Shown here: in pieces, positions 19,977 to 30,609 of the stretch | Numbering within the stretch: the stretch's first letter is position 1 | Layout: each line of letters starts with the position of its first letter | NCBI GenBank assembly: GCA_046483315.1 | Contig: JAWODJ010000015.1 | Coordinates: 457 to 64,456 of the forward strand | Reading direction: 5' to 3' | DNA: 64,000 nt | Origin: Bacteroidales bacterium | GTDB taxonomy: Bacteria; Bacteroidota; Bacteroidia; Bacteroidales; PUMT01 | The notes under the pieces: model-generated | What the model saw: only the letters and a program-made list of their open reading frames with translations | Database searches by the model: none | Told to the model about the DNA's origin: nothing | Program-made: the position numbers and the translations under genes

Positions 19977-21686
19977 TTATCCGTAATATTTTCCTCCCGG
20001 GAACTCATCCCTGAACTGCAACCAGTAATCTTTAATGGTTGTTTTTATCTCCCTGTGAAGCAGCAGCAATCCGATCAGGTTGGGAATGGTCATGAAGGCA
20101 ATGGTGATATAGGAAAGTGTCCAGATAATGGTTGTATCCGTAAATGCAGCAAGGAAAAAAAGGATGACATACACAATTCTGTAATACAATACATATGACG
20201 ACCCTGCCAGGTATGTTACCGCCCTGTCACCGTAGTAGGACCACGAAATAGCAGTTGAAAAAGCAAACAGCAACAGGCCTATTGAAACAATATACTGCCC
20301 CCAGTGTCCGAAATGGCTCCTGGTAAATGCCTCAGTAGTCAGGGGAGCACTATGTATCAATGACTCTCCTGCAAAAGTTACCGCTGCTGCAGACCCTGAC
20401 AACCTGCCCCTCTCAACTGCAAGGGTTCCTGTGAAAATATCACCTCCAAGCATAACGCTTACATTTTCAGCAATTGAACGGGCGTGAATCAGGGTAACAC
20501 TGTTTTCTATCCTGCCGTCCCGTACTTCAAGTGTTCCTGAAAAGAAAGGAGTGGCAGTCTCACCGTCAAGATAGGAAAAGATCTTCTCCCGGTCTTCCCT
20601 GCTGTCATCATATTCTCCTGAGAGGATTATCATATCAGTGGACTGGAACACGTTGCCGACTTTTTCTTTCCATACCCCTGATGAAAGCAGCACAAGGCCG
20701 GTTAAAGTACATATACATATTGTATCAATAAAGGGCTCCAGTATTGCAACCATCCCTTCCGAAACAGGTTCGTGCGCACGAGCGGCAGCGTGTGCAATAG
20801 GCGCAGAACCCTGCCCTGCTTCATTGGAAAAAAGGCCACGGTTAACACCGAGCTTAAAAGCATAAATGACGGAAGCCCCAAGAAATCCTCCCGTAGCAGC
20901 TGTTCCGGTAAATACATCTGAAAAAACAGAAGCAAGGGACGGTATAATATTATCATAATTATAAACCAGAACAGCCAGGGCTCCTGTAAGGTATATCAAC
21001 GCCATGCCGGGCACCAGCCGCGATGTAACCTTTGCAATACGCTTTATCCCCCCCAGGATAACAAAAGCAAGCAGCAAAGCAAGAATGCCTCCTGTTATAA
21101 TATGAGGTATCCCGAATGTTGCAAAAATTGAATTTGAGATGCTGTTGATCTGGGGAAGATTCCCTGTCCCTATGGATGACAGAATGGTGGCGCCGGCAAA
21201 GAAAGCCCCGAGCCATTTACCCGTATTGATTATCTTCTTGTTGGGAAGCCTGATATTGAGCCGTTTTCTCATATAGTACATAGGTCCGCCGGCAATCATG
21301 CCTTTTTCATCCTTTTCGCGGTATTTATGAGATATGGTTACCTCAACAAATTTCGTTGTCATGCCCACAAGGGCTGTAACAAGCATCCAGAATAAGGCGG
21401 CAGGCCCTCCCATATGGATTGCAAGTGCCACGCCGGCGATATTCCCGGTTCCCACGGTGCCCGACAAGGCCGTAGTAAGTGCCTGGAAATGTGAGGTGTC
21501 TCCTTCATCACTTTTTTTATCAAACCTGCCGGTAACCACCCTGAAAGCATGTTTAAAATAACGGAATTGAGGGAAACCAAGGTAGAGGGTAAAAAATATT
21601 CCTGTTCCCAGAAGCAGGTAAACAAACCAGGGGCCGCTACCAATATAACTGTCAATGAGTAAAAGGAAATCGTTCAGTTTCTGCAT
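19977..21686 (-). CDS. alanine/glycine:cation symporter (AGCS) family transporter, long form
   Basis: 569 aa. The blocks [23 protein letters not shown] and [15 protein letters not shown] are AGCS signatures. It carries a roughly 100-aa soluble insertion ([20 protein letters not shown]...). Confidence 0.85.
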   Translation of the reverse strand: MQKLNDFLLLIDSYIGSGPWFVYLLLGTGIFFTLYLGFPQFRYFKHAFRVVTGRFDKKSDEGDTSHFQALTTALSGTVGTGNIAGVALAIHMGGPAALFWMLVTALVGMTTKFVEVTISHKYREKDEKGMIAGGPMYYMRKRLNIRLPNKKIINTGKWLGAFFAGATILSSIGTGNLPQINSISNSIFATFGIPHIITGGILALLLAFVILGGIKRIAKVTSRLVPGMALIYLTGALAVLVYNYDNIIPSLASVFSDVFTGTAATGGFLGASVIYAFKLGVNRGLFSNEAGQGSAPIAHAAARAHEPVSEGMVAILEPFIDTICICTLTGLVLLSSGVWKEKVGNVFQSTDMIILSGEYDDSREDREKIFSYLDGETATPFFSGTLEVRDGRIENSVTLIHARSIAENVSVMLGGDIFTGTLAVERGRLSGSAAAVTFAGESLIHSAPLTTEAFTRSHFGHWGQYIVSIGLLLFAFSTAISWSYYGDRAVTYLAGSSYVLYYRIVYVILFFLAAFTDTTIIWTLSYITIAFMTIPNLIGLLLLHREIKTTIKDYWLQFRDEFPGGKYYG

Positions 21687-21758
21687 GCTGTTTTAATCTT
21701 TGTGCCGCTAAAATAATATTTTTTTCATGCAAACCAGTAACACAAAAAAAATAAACCC

Positions 21759-22544
21759 CTACAGGGGGTAAGACACCATTCCTCCGTCAACAGCTATGCT
21801 CTGGCCTGTGATGTAGCCGTTTCTCTCTGATAAAAGGAAGGCAGCAAGCGCTGCAAGATTCTCAGGCTCTGCAAATTTACCCGCAGGAATACTGTTCCTG
21901 CGCATGGCAATAACTTCATCAAGGCTTTTGCCGGTATTTTTTGCAATGGTATTGTGCAGTGAAGCCAGGCGTTCCGTATCAGTGGCACCGGGGAGAAGAC
22001 TGTTAATAAATACATTGTTTTTCGCCACTTCTGCAGACAGGGTCTTAAGGTACGTTCCAACGGACTGCCGGATGGAATTACTTAGTACAAGTCCCTGAAT
22101 TGGTTGCTTGACACCTGTGGATGATATGCTTATTACCCTGCCGTATTTTCTTTCCTGCATTGACGGTACAAAATATCTTGTAAGACGCACAACCGACATA
22201 AGAAGGGTATTAAAAGCCGACAGCCACACTTCATCGCTATGGCCGAGGGCCGCCCCCATTGGTGGCCCTCCCGAATTCATTATCAATCCGTCAAGATATC
22301 CGAATTTACTGTTTACAAATTCAGCAAGAGCACCAATATCTTCTTTCTTTGATACATCGGCAGGTATGGCGTGTACCTGACTATCACTGCCAATAACTTT
22401 TTCAGCCTTCTCAAGGTTATCCTTTGACCGGGAAGAGATAATGAGTTCAGCACCTTCGGCGGCAAGAATCCTTGCGCAAGCCAGGCCGATTCCCCTGCTT
22501 CCTCCGGTAATGAGTATTTTCCTGTTTTTTAAAAGAAGATCCAT
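21759..22544 (-). CDS. SDR-fold protein with substituted catalytic Tyr/Lys
   Basis: 261 aa with the ITGGSRGIGLACA cofactor motif. At the position of YxxxK the sequence is SNSIR, by alignment to YSASK of 12683..13552. Confidence 0.8.
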   Translation of the reverse strand: MDLLLKNRKILITGGSRGIGLACARILAAEGAELIISSRSKDNLEKAEKVIGSDSQVHAIPADVSKKEDIGALAEFVNSKFGYLDGLIMNSGGPPMGAALGHSDEVWLSAFNTLLMSVVRLTRYFVPSMQERKYGRVISISSTGVKQPIQGLVLSNSIRQSVGTYLKTLSAEVAKNNVFINSLLPGATDTERLASLHNTIAKNTGKSLDEVIAMRRNSIPAGKFAEPENLAALAAFLLSERNGYITGQSIAVDGGMVSYPL

Positions 22545-22550
22545 GGTCTT

Positions 22551-23477
22551 TCAGGTTTTTTTTAAATCAATAACAAAATTCTTAAGCGAACTGAATCCGT
22601 CTATTTTTGTCTCCACCACATCTCCATGGTTAATAATACCTGCCCCCGGGGTGCCTGTCGAAATAATATCGCCGGGCAAAAGAGAATATACAGAGGAAAA
22701 AACAGAGATCAGCTGTTCGGGCGGATATATCATATTTGAAACGATATTTTCTGCCTTTACCGCCCCGTTGATGATGGTGGAAATACGCTGATCACCCAGA
22801 GGCAAAACCTCGTCAGGAGTAAGCAGAAAAGGGCCAAAACTGAAGAAACTGTCAAAACCCTTTGACATGGTCAGAAACCTGGGGTTAAGTGACAAGATAT
22901 CCTCAGCCGTTACATCAATAATACAGGTAAATCCGGCTATACAGGCTGACCAGTCCTTCCGTGGCACATTCCTTGCCTTTTTACCTATTATAATTCCAAG
23001 TTCGGCTTCCGCTGTGGTCCGGTCTGATAACTCAGGGATCATAATAGAATCACCAAAACCTATTACAGTTGTAAAGGGTTTTATAAAAGACCCCGGATAT
23101 AATTCAGGCTTCTGTTCTGACAGTGCAACAATATGCTCGGGATAATTCAATCCCACACCAATTATCTTTGACGGCTTTCTGTACAAGGGAGCATACAAGA
23201 CCTCGGAAAACGGAATAACCTGATCCTGAAGCTTGCTGACTGTCTTTCCCTGATCATCAATATACCAGCTGGTGATTTCAGACAGCACCCCGGTTTCAAT
23301 GATTTCAAACAGATCGGCAGGCCAGCTCCTGTCAAGGTACTTAACAACACTGGCAACGGGTATTGCACCTTCAGGGTAGATAATCGCTGCCTGTTCGGAA
23401 TCCTTATAATTTACAGATGCTATCTTCATAATCCTGCATAATACCAATTTTTTGCCATGTAAATTACAAACTGGCAA
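22551..23477 (-). CDS. fumarylacetoacetate hydrolase (FAH) family protein
   Basis: 308 aa. The blocks GVGLNYPEH, ELGIIIGKKA and LLPGDIISTGTPGAG are typical of the FAH family. The likely true start is Met17 (23429). Confidence 0.8.
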   Translation of the reverse strand: MPVCNLHGKKLVLCRIMKIASVNYKDSEQAAIIYPEGAIPVASVVKYLDRSWPADLFEIIETGVLSEITSWYIDDQGKTVSKLQDQVIPFSEVLYAPLYRKPSKIIGVGLNYPEHIVALSEQKPELYPGSFIKPFTTVIGFGDSIMIPELSDRTTAEAELGIIIGKKARNVPRKDWSACIAGFTCIIDVTAEDILSLNPRFLTMSKGFDSFFSFGPFLLTPDEVLPLGDQRISTIINGAVKAENIVSNMIYPPEQLISVFSSVYSLLPGDIISTGTPGAGIINHGDVVETKIDGFSSLKNFVIDLKKT

Positions 23478-23489
23478 CCTGTAAAAGCT

Positions 23490-23873
23490 TCAGTCCATAA
23501 GATCGTCATCCCTTATCAGCATAAGAATAGCTGAATGCGGTACAATAATATATTTCTCCCTGTTAAACTCTATCAAATATGAACTTTCCTGAAGAAACAC
23601 TGCCAGGTCGCCAACGCGCACCTGCAGGGGAAAGTAGTTTTGCTTCTCATTATCCTGTTTCCATTGTTCCTGTGCTTCCGGCAATGACGGTATAGGATAT
23701 CCCGGACCCGATTTGATAACGTACCCGCAACTGACTTTTTGCTTATCTTCAAAGCCGGGAGGAAGAAACAGGCCTGATTTTGTTTTTTGTTGGGGACTTT
23801 TGGGTTTCAGAAGGACCCTGTCGCCTATGACAATAAATTTATTAATATCCTGATTATCGAGAAAAAAAGACAT
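23490..23873 (-). CDS. GroES/Cpn10-like protein with insertion
   Basis: 127 aa. VIGDRVLLKPK..KTKSGLFLP and RVGDLAVF resemble the Cpn10 pattern. There is no groEL neighbour. Confidence 0.5.
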   Translation of the reverse strand: MSFFLDNQDINKFIVIGDRVLLKPKSPQQKTKSGLFLPPGFEDKQKVSCGYVIKSGPGYPIPSLPEAQEQWKQDNEKQNYFPLQVRVGDLAVFLQESSYLIEFNREKYIIVPHSAILMLIRDDDLMD

Positions 23874-23953
23874 TGGCTGTCAACAAATTTAATTACAAAC
23901 AGTTAGTTCAGAAAAACCAAAGTTAGTAAAACTTTATTATATCCCAATTTAAA

Positions 23954-23977
23954 CAGGCCGGCATTTTTGCCGGCCTG
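23954..23977 (-). terminator. perfect 9-bp stem hairpin, probable terminator of 24089..25066
   Basis: Hairpin CAGGCCGGC-ATTTTT-GCCGGCCTG, located about 110 nt downstream of the stop at 24089. The T-run on the minus strand is short (TTTAAATT). Confidence 0.45.
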
Positions 23978-24088
23978 CATAAGTGTTTTATTCTCACATC
24001 GAAGCCCTTCGCATCAAGCTGTGACTGAACTTCAGTTTTTTATTGCACCCCGCCATGTCCGGAACAGTGCAATATGCGACTCCCGAAT

Positions 24089-25066
24089 TCAGGCTTCTGA
24101 TTCTTCCGGTTTTAAATCTGTATAGAGAAACCTTGTCTCCAGAGCCCACTGGTCATCCGAACGGTTCCAACGGTAAAGGGATTCTTCAGAAAGCTCACCC
24201 TCTTCATCATAGGCAAAAACCTTTCTGGTCGAATTGACCCATTCCCTGCGGGTAAAATCCCATTTCTGTTCAATATCCTCGGTCTTGTTTTCTTTCTGGT
24301 ATGATATAAGATACCTTACTCCCAGAACCCATTCTCTCTGACTTTCACTCCAGGTAGCCCTGGTTTCCCGTGTAACTTTACCCCTGTAATTATAGGCAAG
24401 GTTATACCTGCCAAATGCCTGCCAGTAATTTTCAGGCTTTTTCCAGGTTTCCACGAAAACCTCATGCGGGGGACCGTAGCCTTCCCTGTAACTGAAAGAA
24501 AATTTCATGTAATTATTCCATGAATTTTCCATACCGGCATAGGTTCGCACCATAACCTCACTTTTCTCAAAATCACGATTATAGGAGATAAGATAGACAA
24601 CGGTGTTCAACCACTCTCCGGTTGGCCTGTGCCACTCCTGGTAAAGAACTTCAGATGCATTATCCCTGGCATCATAAGAGGTGGTCTTCATCTGTACATT
24701 AATCCAGTCCTGTGCATTATTGTTCCACTGCTGCAGAACGGACTGCACCTCGTTACCCCTTTCATCATAGTTCTTAAGCGTCTGTTCATGGTTTTCCCAC
24801 TTTTCCTCATCCTTGTACCATCGCTGGTTAAGTATGCTGGTAACAAGCCTGGATTCATCAGCAAAATGAAGGTCCCGGGCATAAATTCCCCAGGTTTCCG
24901 CCTCTTCATCCCATGAATAGGTGTATGTTGTGTCCACACTTGCAATATCCTGAATTTCCATAATATCAGGCATCTCAATCTGCGCATTTATCACCTGCTG
25001 AAACAGCAGTACCGATAAAATTATTCCTGTTAGTCTCATAGCTTTATATTTAAAAAAGATTTGCAT
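24089..25066 (-). CDS. secreted tandem-repeat protein (about 31-aa W-x6-W...Y repeats)
   Basis: 325 aa with a signal peptide from Met10 (25039). It has 8-9 consecutive repeats, for example QWNNNAQDWINVQMKTTSYDARDNASEVLYQ and WDFTRREWVNSTRKVFAYDEEGELSEESLYR. Confidence 0.6.
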   Translation of the reverse strand: MQIFFKYKAMRLTGIILSVLLFQQVINAQIEMPDIMEIQDIASVDTTYTYSWDEEAETWGIYARDLHFADESRLVTSILNQRWYKDEEKWENHEQTLKNYDERGNEVQSVLQQWNNNAQDWINVQMKTTSYDARDNASEVLYQEWHRPTGEWLNTVVYLISYNRDFEKSEVMVRTYAGMENSWNNYMKFSFSYREGYGPPHEVFVETWKKPENYWQAFGRYNLAYNYRGKVTRETRATWSESQREWVLGVRYLISYQKENKTEDIEQKWDFTRREWVNSTRKVFAYDEEGELSEESLYRWNRSDDQWALETRFLYTDLKPEESEA

Positions 25067-25394
25067 TTTGTTTACTGTTTACTTACATATTAACGAATAA
25101 ATTGTTCATTTAATTACAGGTTATAACCAATATGGCAATAATGACCTATATCTCTGTAAAATTGAATCCTGCATGGCATTTTCCTGTTTAACGGATATAC
25201 TCAGGCCTTTGTATATATGAGACCGGAAAGTATCAGCCATACCCTATGCAAAAACGTATCTATTTTAACAATAATTAACCGTCAGTATATTTTTTTTGCC
25301 CGGCAAAATTTTGACTTACAGAAGGAACCGCTGCGCTTTAACATAAAATTTTTTCATGCGTCTGTGTATAATTTTACGCAGAAAAAATTTTATG

Positions 25395-25402
25395 TATATT
25401 TG
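25395..25402 (+). promoter_or_regulatory. Bacteroidota -7 promoter box TATATTTG
   Basis: Exact TAnnTTTG match, 22 nt upstream of the ATG at 25424. Confidence 0.4.
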
Positions 25403-25423
25403 AAGTAAAAAGCATAAGATATT

Positions 25424-25981
25424 ATGATTGAACTTACTGAAGCCCGGATAGAAGACAGGGAGAAAGCCTATAACTGGCTGTTTCACTCTGACTTTTCTGA
25501 TTTTCTCATGAACCTCGAGGGGTATACCAAAGATACCATCCCTGCTTATGAAGAATTCTGCAATGAATACTGGGATTTCTTTTTTGACGGAACACAACCG
25601 GAAAACGGACGTTGCTATAAAATTATTTCCTCCGGAAAGAAAGAAGAGATAGGGTTTATTTATTATACAGCTTTTCATGTTAAATCAGGAATTGCCGAAC
25701 TGGATATATGGCTCAGATCGCTCGATTATGCAGGCAAAGGCATTGGTACCGAGGCTATAACCCTGCTGGTAGATAAGCTTCACAGGGAACTTGGATTCCA
25801 TACCTTCTTTATGCGCCCCTCAAGACAGAACACAAGGGCAGTGAATGCCTACATTAAGGCAGGCTTCAAAGAAACCGAACTTGTGGCCGAGGATTATTAT
25901 AAACCCGAGTTTATAGAGGAATACAGAAAAGGCGGCTACGGAAAGGGTAAGGATGTATTCCTTGTGAAAAAAATAAAGTAA
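25424..25981 (+). CDS. GNAT-family N-acetyltransferase
   Basis: 185 aa with the acetyl-CoA pocket block GKGIGTEAITLLVDKL. Confidence 0.8.
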   Translation: MIELTEARIEDREKAYNWLFHSDFSDFLMNLEGYTKDTIPAYEEFCNEYWDFFFDGTQPENGRCYKIISSGKKEEIGFIYYTAFHVKSGIAELDIWLRSLDYAGKGIGTEAITLLVDKLHRELGFHTFFMRPSRQNTRAVNAYIKAGFKETELVAEDYYKPEFIEEYRKGGYGKGKDVFLVKKIK

Positions 25982-26003
25982 CACAGAAGGTTTATCAATC
26001 ATC

Positions 26004-27017
26004 ATGAACATAAATGATCCCCTGTACAATCGATTTCATCTCGTCAGAGAGATGTATGAAACGATTGATTATATTAAAAACTTCAGTGCAGAATCAGCCG
26101 GAAATTTTCTGCCGGATTTACAGGGCAAAGCCCTAATGCTTACAGGTGAAGGAAGCAGCCGCATATTTCCCGGAAAAAATGCCGTTCACAGGAGACTAAA
26201 GAGCAACGGTGGTGCACTTATACTGACTGAAAGCTCGACCGATCTGTCAGACAAAAATCTTGAAGATTTCATAGTAATTGGTGCATCCAACAGCGGAAAA
26301 ACAAAAGAACTGATCAATCTGTTCAGGAATCTTGAAAACTCAGGTCATAAATACCTGTATGGCTTAACCTGCAACCGCAATTCACTACTTGAAAAATACT
26401 GCGTCAGGACCCGGGTAATTGATGCCGGTCCCGAGAAAGCCGTTGCAGCCAGCAAATCTGTTGTTGCCCAGGCACTGTTCTACGACGCCATAATATCAGG
26501 TTGGGATGAAAAAGCGGATTTTAATACTCCTTTACTTGCCCGTAATTTCGAAGAAGCCCTGAATTCTCCAGTAAGCAACAGTATTACAGATCTTATATGC
26601 AGGGCTGATACTGTCTACTTCAGTGGTTACAACAACGGGGCGGCAGAGGAACTTACCCTGAAAACCAATGAAATAATAAGAAAAAAATCTTCATACCTGC
26701 CGGGCACTTACCTGTTGCATGGTGTTGAAGAGGTGATGTCACCAAAAGACATTATTATAATGGTGGATACCTATCCTGAGGAGTTTGACAAGATAAAATC
26801 AGTCTATTCCGATAATATCGGAACCCCCGTTATATCGATTTCAAGCTCCTCCACTCCTTTTCATACTGTGAAAACACCTCACGTTTCAGAGACTTATAAA
26901 TCCTACATAAAACTTGCCGCAGGCTGGAACATGCTTATTGAAGCCGGAATAAAACTTGGTATCGACCCCGATAAACCAGAAAGAGCAAGGAAAATAGGTA
27001 ATGAGGCAGCAGACTGA
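26004..27017 (+). CDS. SIS-domain sugar-phosphate isomerase/deaminase (GlmS C-terminal-like)
   Basis: 337 aa with the blocks LTGEGSSRIFPG and IGASNSGKTKE, typical of tandem SIS domains. Confidence 0.75.
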   Translation: MNINDPLYNRFHLVREMYETIDYIKNFSAESAGNFLPDLQGKALMLTGEGSSRIFPGKNAVHRRLKSNGGALILTESSTDLSDKNLEDFIVIGASNSGKTKELINLFRNLENSGHKYLYGLTCNRNSLLEKYCVRTRVIDAGPEKAVAASKSVVAQALFYDAIISGWDEKADFNTPLLARNFEEALNSPVSNSITDLICRADTVYFSGYNNGAAEELTLKTNEIIRKKSSYLPGTYLLHGVEEVMSPKDIIIMVDTYPEEFDKIKSVYSDNIGTPVISISSSSTPFHTVKTPHVSETYKSYIKLAAGWNMLIEAGIKLGIDPDKPERARKIGNEAAD

Positions 27018-27887
27018 TCAGGCATTTGCATTATAGTAAAGTGCCGCGGCCCCAAGTAATGCAATTTCCTGGGTTTGTGTTATCAGTATCTCCAGGTTTT
27101 CAACAGAGCGGGGATATGGAAAATCCCTTATCTCTTCCCACATAGCCTCACTGTAAAGATCAAAAGAATCTGCAACGCCTCCGCCCATAATAATGGCAGC
27201 AGGATCGACAGCCAGCATTATGGTTTTTATTGCCCTTCCCAGGTGTATGCCGAATTCGCCGAACGCCTTCAATGCATCAGGATCCTTCTCCATTGCTTTC
27301 TGAGCCATTCTGTCGCCTGTTTCACCATAAACGTGCTGAAAAAACTGCCCGCTGGCGTAATGTTCATATATACCGTCGAGATATGGTATTTCGCCAAATT
27401 CGCCCGAGCCGCAGTTCCTGTCCGGCATCAGGTACCCTCCCTTTATAATTCCCGCACCCAGTCCGGTCCCGCAAATAAGTCCGACAAAATCCTCATAATC
27501 CCTGCCTTTCCCGAAAAATCTTTCACCAGTTGCAAAGCAGTTGGCATCATTATTAATATAGACAGGCACCCCAAACTCCTTCTCAAGTGTATCTTTAAGG
27601 TATACCTCCGTCCATGAAGGGATATTCTGAACATTATAAACAATCCCCTTTTCTGAATCAACGAGGCTGGGCACCCCTATGCCTATTCCCGCCACCTCGT
27701 TATCTGACACCTCATGTATCAGTCTTATAAGCACATCAGTAACTTCAGATGCATTGTCAGTCCGGGGAACAAAATCAGACGCAGTGACCGTGATTTTATT
27801 ATCCTTAACTTTTCCGGTTCGTATTTTGGTGCCCCCCATATCAACACCTGTTACCGCATGAACTTTTGTTTTGTCATTTAAATCCAT
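27018..27887 (-). CDS. ROK-family sugar kinase
   Basis: 289 aa with the blocks GVDMGGTKIR, NDANCFATGE and GTGLGAGII. Confidence 0.85.
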   Translation of the reverse strand: MDLNDKTKVHAVTGVDMGGTKIRTGKVKDNKITVTASDFVPRTDNASEVTDVLIRLIHEVSDNEVAGIGIGVPSLVDSEKGIVYNVQNIPSWTEVYLKDTLEKEFGVPVYINNDANCFATGERFFGKGRDYEDFVGLICGTGLGAGIIKGGYLMPDRNCGSGEFGEIPYLDGIYEHYASGQFFQHVYGETGDRMAQKAMEKDPDALKAFGEFGIHLGRAIKTIMLAVDPAAIIMGGGVADSFDLYSEAMWEEIRDFPYPRSVENLEILITQTQEIALLGAAALYYNANA

Positions 27888-27898
27888 AGGAAAAAATA

Positions 27899-30523
27899 TT
27901 AATTAACGGTATTATCATGATGCCATCCCTTTACCCTTACCCTTATATCGGAAGCGTCAACAAGTGCGGCATCAACACTTGCCCTGAGTCTCCTATTTTC
28001 GCCGGGCAGAAGCGATATATAATTGTCCTCCCAGAAAACAGGCAGAACTGACATATCCTTTTCAGAATCAATAATTGCCAGTTCCAGGAAGAAGGCAATA
28101 ATGTCACCCGGGTTTGAAAGGTCGCATACAACCTCAAACCTTCCTTCCTTTTCAACAACCTCATATGAAATATCTATGCCGGTGCGGGGCATTGTGTTCA
28201 AAGCCGTGAAATCGGCAAAACTTTTTGTGGGTGTATAAACCCAGTATGTTGATTCAAAATCAGGTACATCTTTTTCAACAGACAGCCAGTAGAAATTTAC
28301 AGCAACTTCATTACCCGACGAATCTAAAATTCTGAGATCGAGAAACCATGTCGGACTGAGGTCATCTATTTCAGGTATCCCGGTTACCTGTTTTGAACTG
28401 TTTGCCCGGATATCAAAAAAAACTTCATGCGAAAGCAACTCTTTTGACTCAATATCAAAGACTTTTGCAACCAGTCTTAAACCCTCTTTATCCTCAAGAT
28501 GTTCATTGTGAACATAAATCGCCCCGTCACCATAATTATATATTGCCATCAGCGGTTCATTGGCTTTCCTGGCCCCGTAAAAAGCTCCATTGGGCATAAG
28601 ATAGTAATCGAAAAGCTGCCAGTACATTGCAGGCCATGCAGAATTGTACATCCACTGAATAACACCTGTGCTTTCATATTTATTAACTGCGAATGCCTCA
28701 AACATAGGCCGCATTGCTTCATAATTTGATGCCTGGTTCCTGAATGCAAACTCTTCAAGGCTTTCCGGCTCACCATAGCGTGCATTGAAAGCAATAAGAA
28801 AACGACTGAGGTCGTCAAACTCGTAAGTGCCGCAATGGAAGGCCCACATATCATCAACAGGCCACCAGTTCTCTTCCGGCAACATCCTCTTTATACTTTC
28901 TACTGGCGGAACCTGGGGACCCGGACCTGTTTCAGTATTGAAACCGTATGCACCGCCGTAATTCCTGTCTGTATACCAGTAAACCGGAGGCACCCAGTCA
29001 TACGGTCCGTGCATTTTAACCCCTGAAGGTCCGGTAAAATCAGATATTGAACTACCGCAATGGCTTAACAGAGGGCGTGTTGTGTCGGCCTCTGCCATAT
29101 ATTCGTGCAGCATAATTTCCAGCTCGGGCGGCGGCAGCTTATCGCTTCCGAAGTTCCACAGGAATACACTGGGATGATGCCTGAGCCAGTATACCTGGTC
29201 CATATAGGCCTTTGCCTGCAGCTCCATCTCTCCGGTCTCAAAGACCGACATATATTCCGATTCCGGTCTTCCACTGTATGATTCCCATTCCCACTGGCAG
29301 CTCCAGCCGATCATAAGCATGATTCCATTTTCATCGCAACGATCATACAGGGTCCTGTTACTACCCCAGAATCCTTCAAGTCGTAAAGTATTAAGGTTCA
29401 TATGTTTTGCATAATCAACCTGGGCAATAACTTTCTCATCACTATCTGCAAGCAACATATCATCTACCCATCCGCCACCCTTGATGAGAACTTTCCGGCC
29501 GTTTACCATGAAGCCGAGATGCCCCCCGGGAGTCATATAACTTTCAACCTGCCTTATACCGAACCGGAACTCTTCAATGTCACTTATTTCGTTGTCCACT
29601 TCGGCTGTTATGTCAATATCATAAAGATGGGGATTGCCAAGATTGTTGGGCCACCAGAGTTCCGGGTTTCTGAGATGCAGCTGCCGGAATTCAGACGGAG
29701 CAAACACCACTTCAGTCTCCTGGCGGGCATCAAGTCCCAGGGTTTTTGAAACACTTATATTGTCAAAAGATGCAACAACTTTTACATTTTGTTTCTGACC
29801 GGAATGATTTTTAAGGACGGCAGAGATATGCACCCATGCCTCATCCAGGCTCTCAGTGTTAACTTTTGTAACCACATTCGGACGTTCTATAGATACTGCC
29901 CCTGTCTTTCTCAGTTTCACTCCTCTCCAGAGACCCATGTTCCTGTCCGGTGCCTCCGGATTCCAGTCCACGAACCCCATGGTAAGATCTCCCAAAACCG
30001 GCGGAATTATCTCCACGGCAATTACATTCTCTCCCCCGGCAAGATAAGGAGCTATGTCGAAATGCCACATGCCGAAAGCCCCCTCAATACTCTCCTCACC
30101 TGCAAGAAGACTGCCGTTAAGCCATATATTCGCCTTATAGTTAAGCCCTTCAAAAGTGAGCCTGTAATTATCATTATCGCCGGGTTTATCAACGGTAAAA
30201 GTTTTTCTGTACCACCAGGGAACCTCAAACCGGGATGTTTCCACCTGCAGAAGATTATCGGCAAAATAAATATCGGAATAATGGCCGTTCTGCCTCAGTG
30301 CGCTAAGAACAGTGGACGGGATATCGGCAGAATACCAGTTTTCAGAAGAAAAACCGGGAAGGGAAATAACATCACCCCCGGCATCGGTAACTTCCGAGGA
30401 GAATACATGCCAGTTGCCGTTCAACCCGATTTCATCACAGACCACTGACGGTTCGGGTGTGCACGAAGCCATTAACAGTATGCTGTTAACTGCAAAAAAC
30501 GGTAAATATAAAAACCTGCTCAT
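27899..30523 (-). CDS. glycoside hydrolase family 2 enzyme (exo-beta-glucosaminidase/beta-mannosidase-like)
   Basis: 874 aa with a signal peptide. The domain order and length fit GH2 (sugar-binding, Ig-like, TIM barrel). The assignment to the glucosaminidase subgroup is an inference from size and gene context. Confidence 0.7.
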   Translation of the reverse strand: MSRFLYLPFFAVNSILLMASCTPEPSVVCDEIGLNGNWHVFSSEVTDAGGDVISLPGFSSENWYSADIPSTVLSALRQNGHYSDIYFADNLLQVETSRFEVPWWYRKTFTVDKPGDNDNYRLTFEGLNYKANIWLNGSLLAGEESIEGAFGMWHFDIAPYLAGGENVIAVEIIPPVLGDLTMGFVDWNPEAPDRNMGLWRGVKLRKTGAVSIERPNVVTKVNTESLDEAWVHISAVLKNHSGQKQNVKVVASFDNISVSKTLGLDARQETEVVFAPSEFRQLHLRNPELWWPNNLGNPHLYDIDITAEVDNEISDIEEFRFGIRQVESYMTPGGHLGFMVNGRKVLIKGGGWVDDMLLADSDEKVIAQVDYAKHMNLNTLRLEGFWGSNRTLYDRCDENGIMLMIGWSCQWEWESYSGRPESEYMSVFETGEMELQAKAYMDQVYWLRHHPSVFLWNFGSDKLPPPELEIMLHEYMAEADTTRPLLSHCGSSISDFTGPSGVKMHGPYDWVPPVYWYTDRNYGGAYGFNTETGPGPQVPPVESIKRMLPEENWWPVDDMWAFHCGTYEFDDLSRFLIAFNARYGEPESLEEFAFRNQASNYEAMRPMFEAFAVNKYESTGVIQWMYNSAWPAMYWQLFDYYLMPNGAFYGARKANEPLMAIYNYGDGAIYVHNEHLEDKEGLRLVAKVFDIESKELLSHEVFFDIRANSSKQVTGIPEIDDLSPTWFLDLRILDSSGNEVAVNFYWLSVEKDVPDFESTYWVYTPTKSFADFTALNTMPRTGIDISYEVVEKEGRFEVVCDLSNPGDIIAFFLELAIIDSEKDMSVLPVFWEDNYISLLPGENRRLRASVDAALVDASDIRVRVKGWHHDNTVN

Positions 30524-30609
30524 AAAGGTATAATTTAGTTATAAAAAATCCCTGAACAATTGTTTTCTATAATATACACAATATAATGATTCTGCTGAAA
30601 TTATTAATT

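Noticed and set aside
19802-20008. 68-aa Lys/Arg-rich minus-strand ORF between the exonuclease and AGCS genes
   Set aside because: It overlaps the 3' ends of both convergent, well-supported genes. Its composition is low-complexity and basic, and there is no promoter motif.
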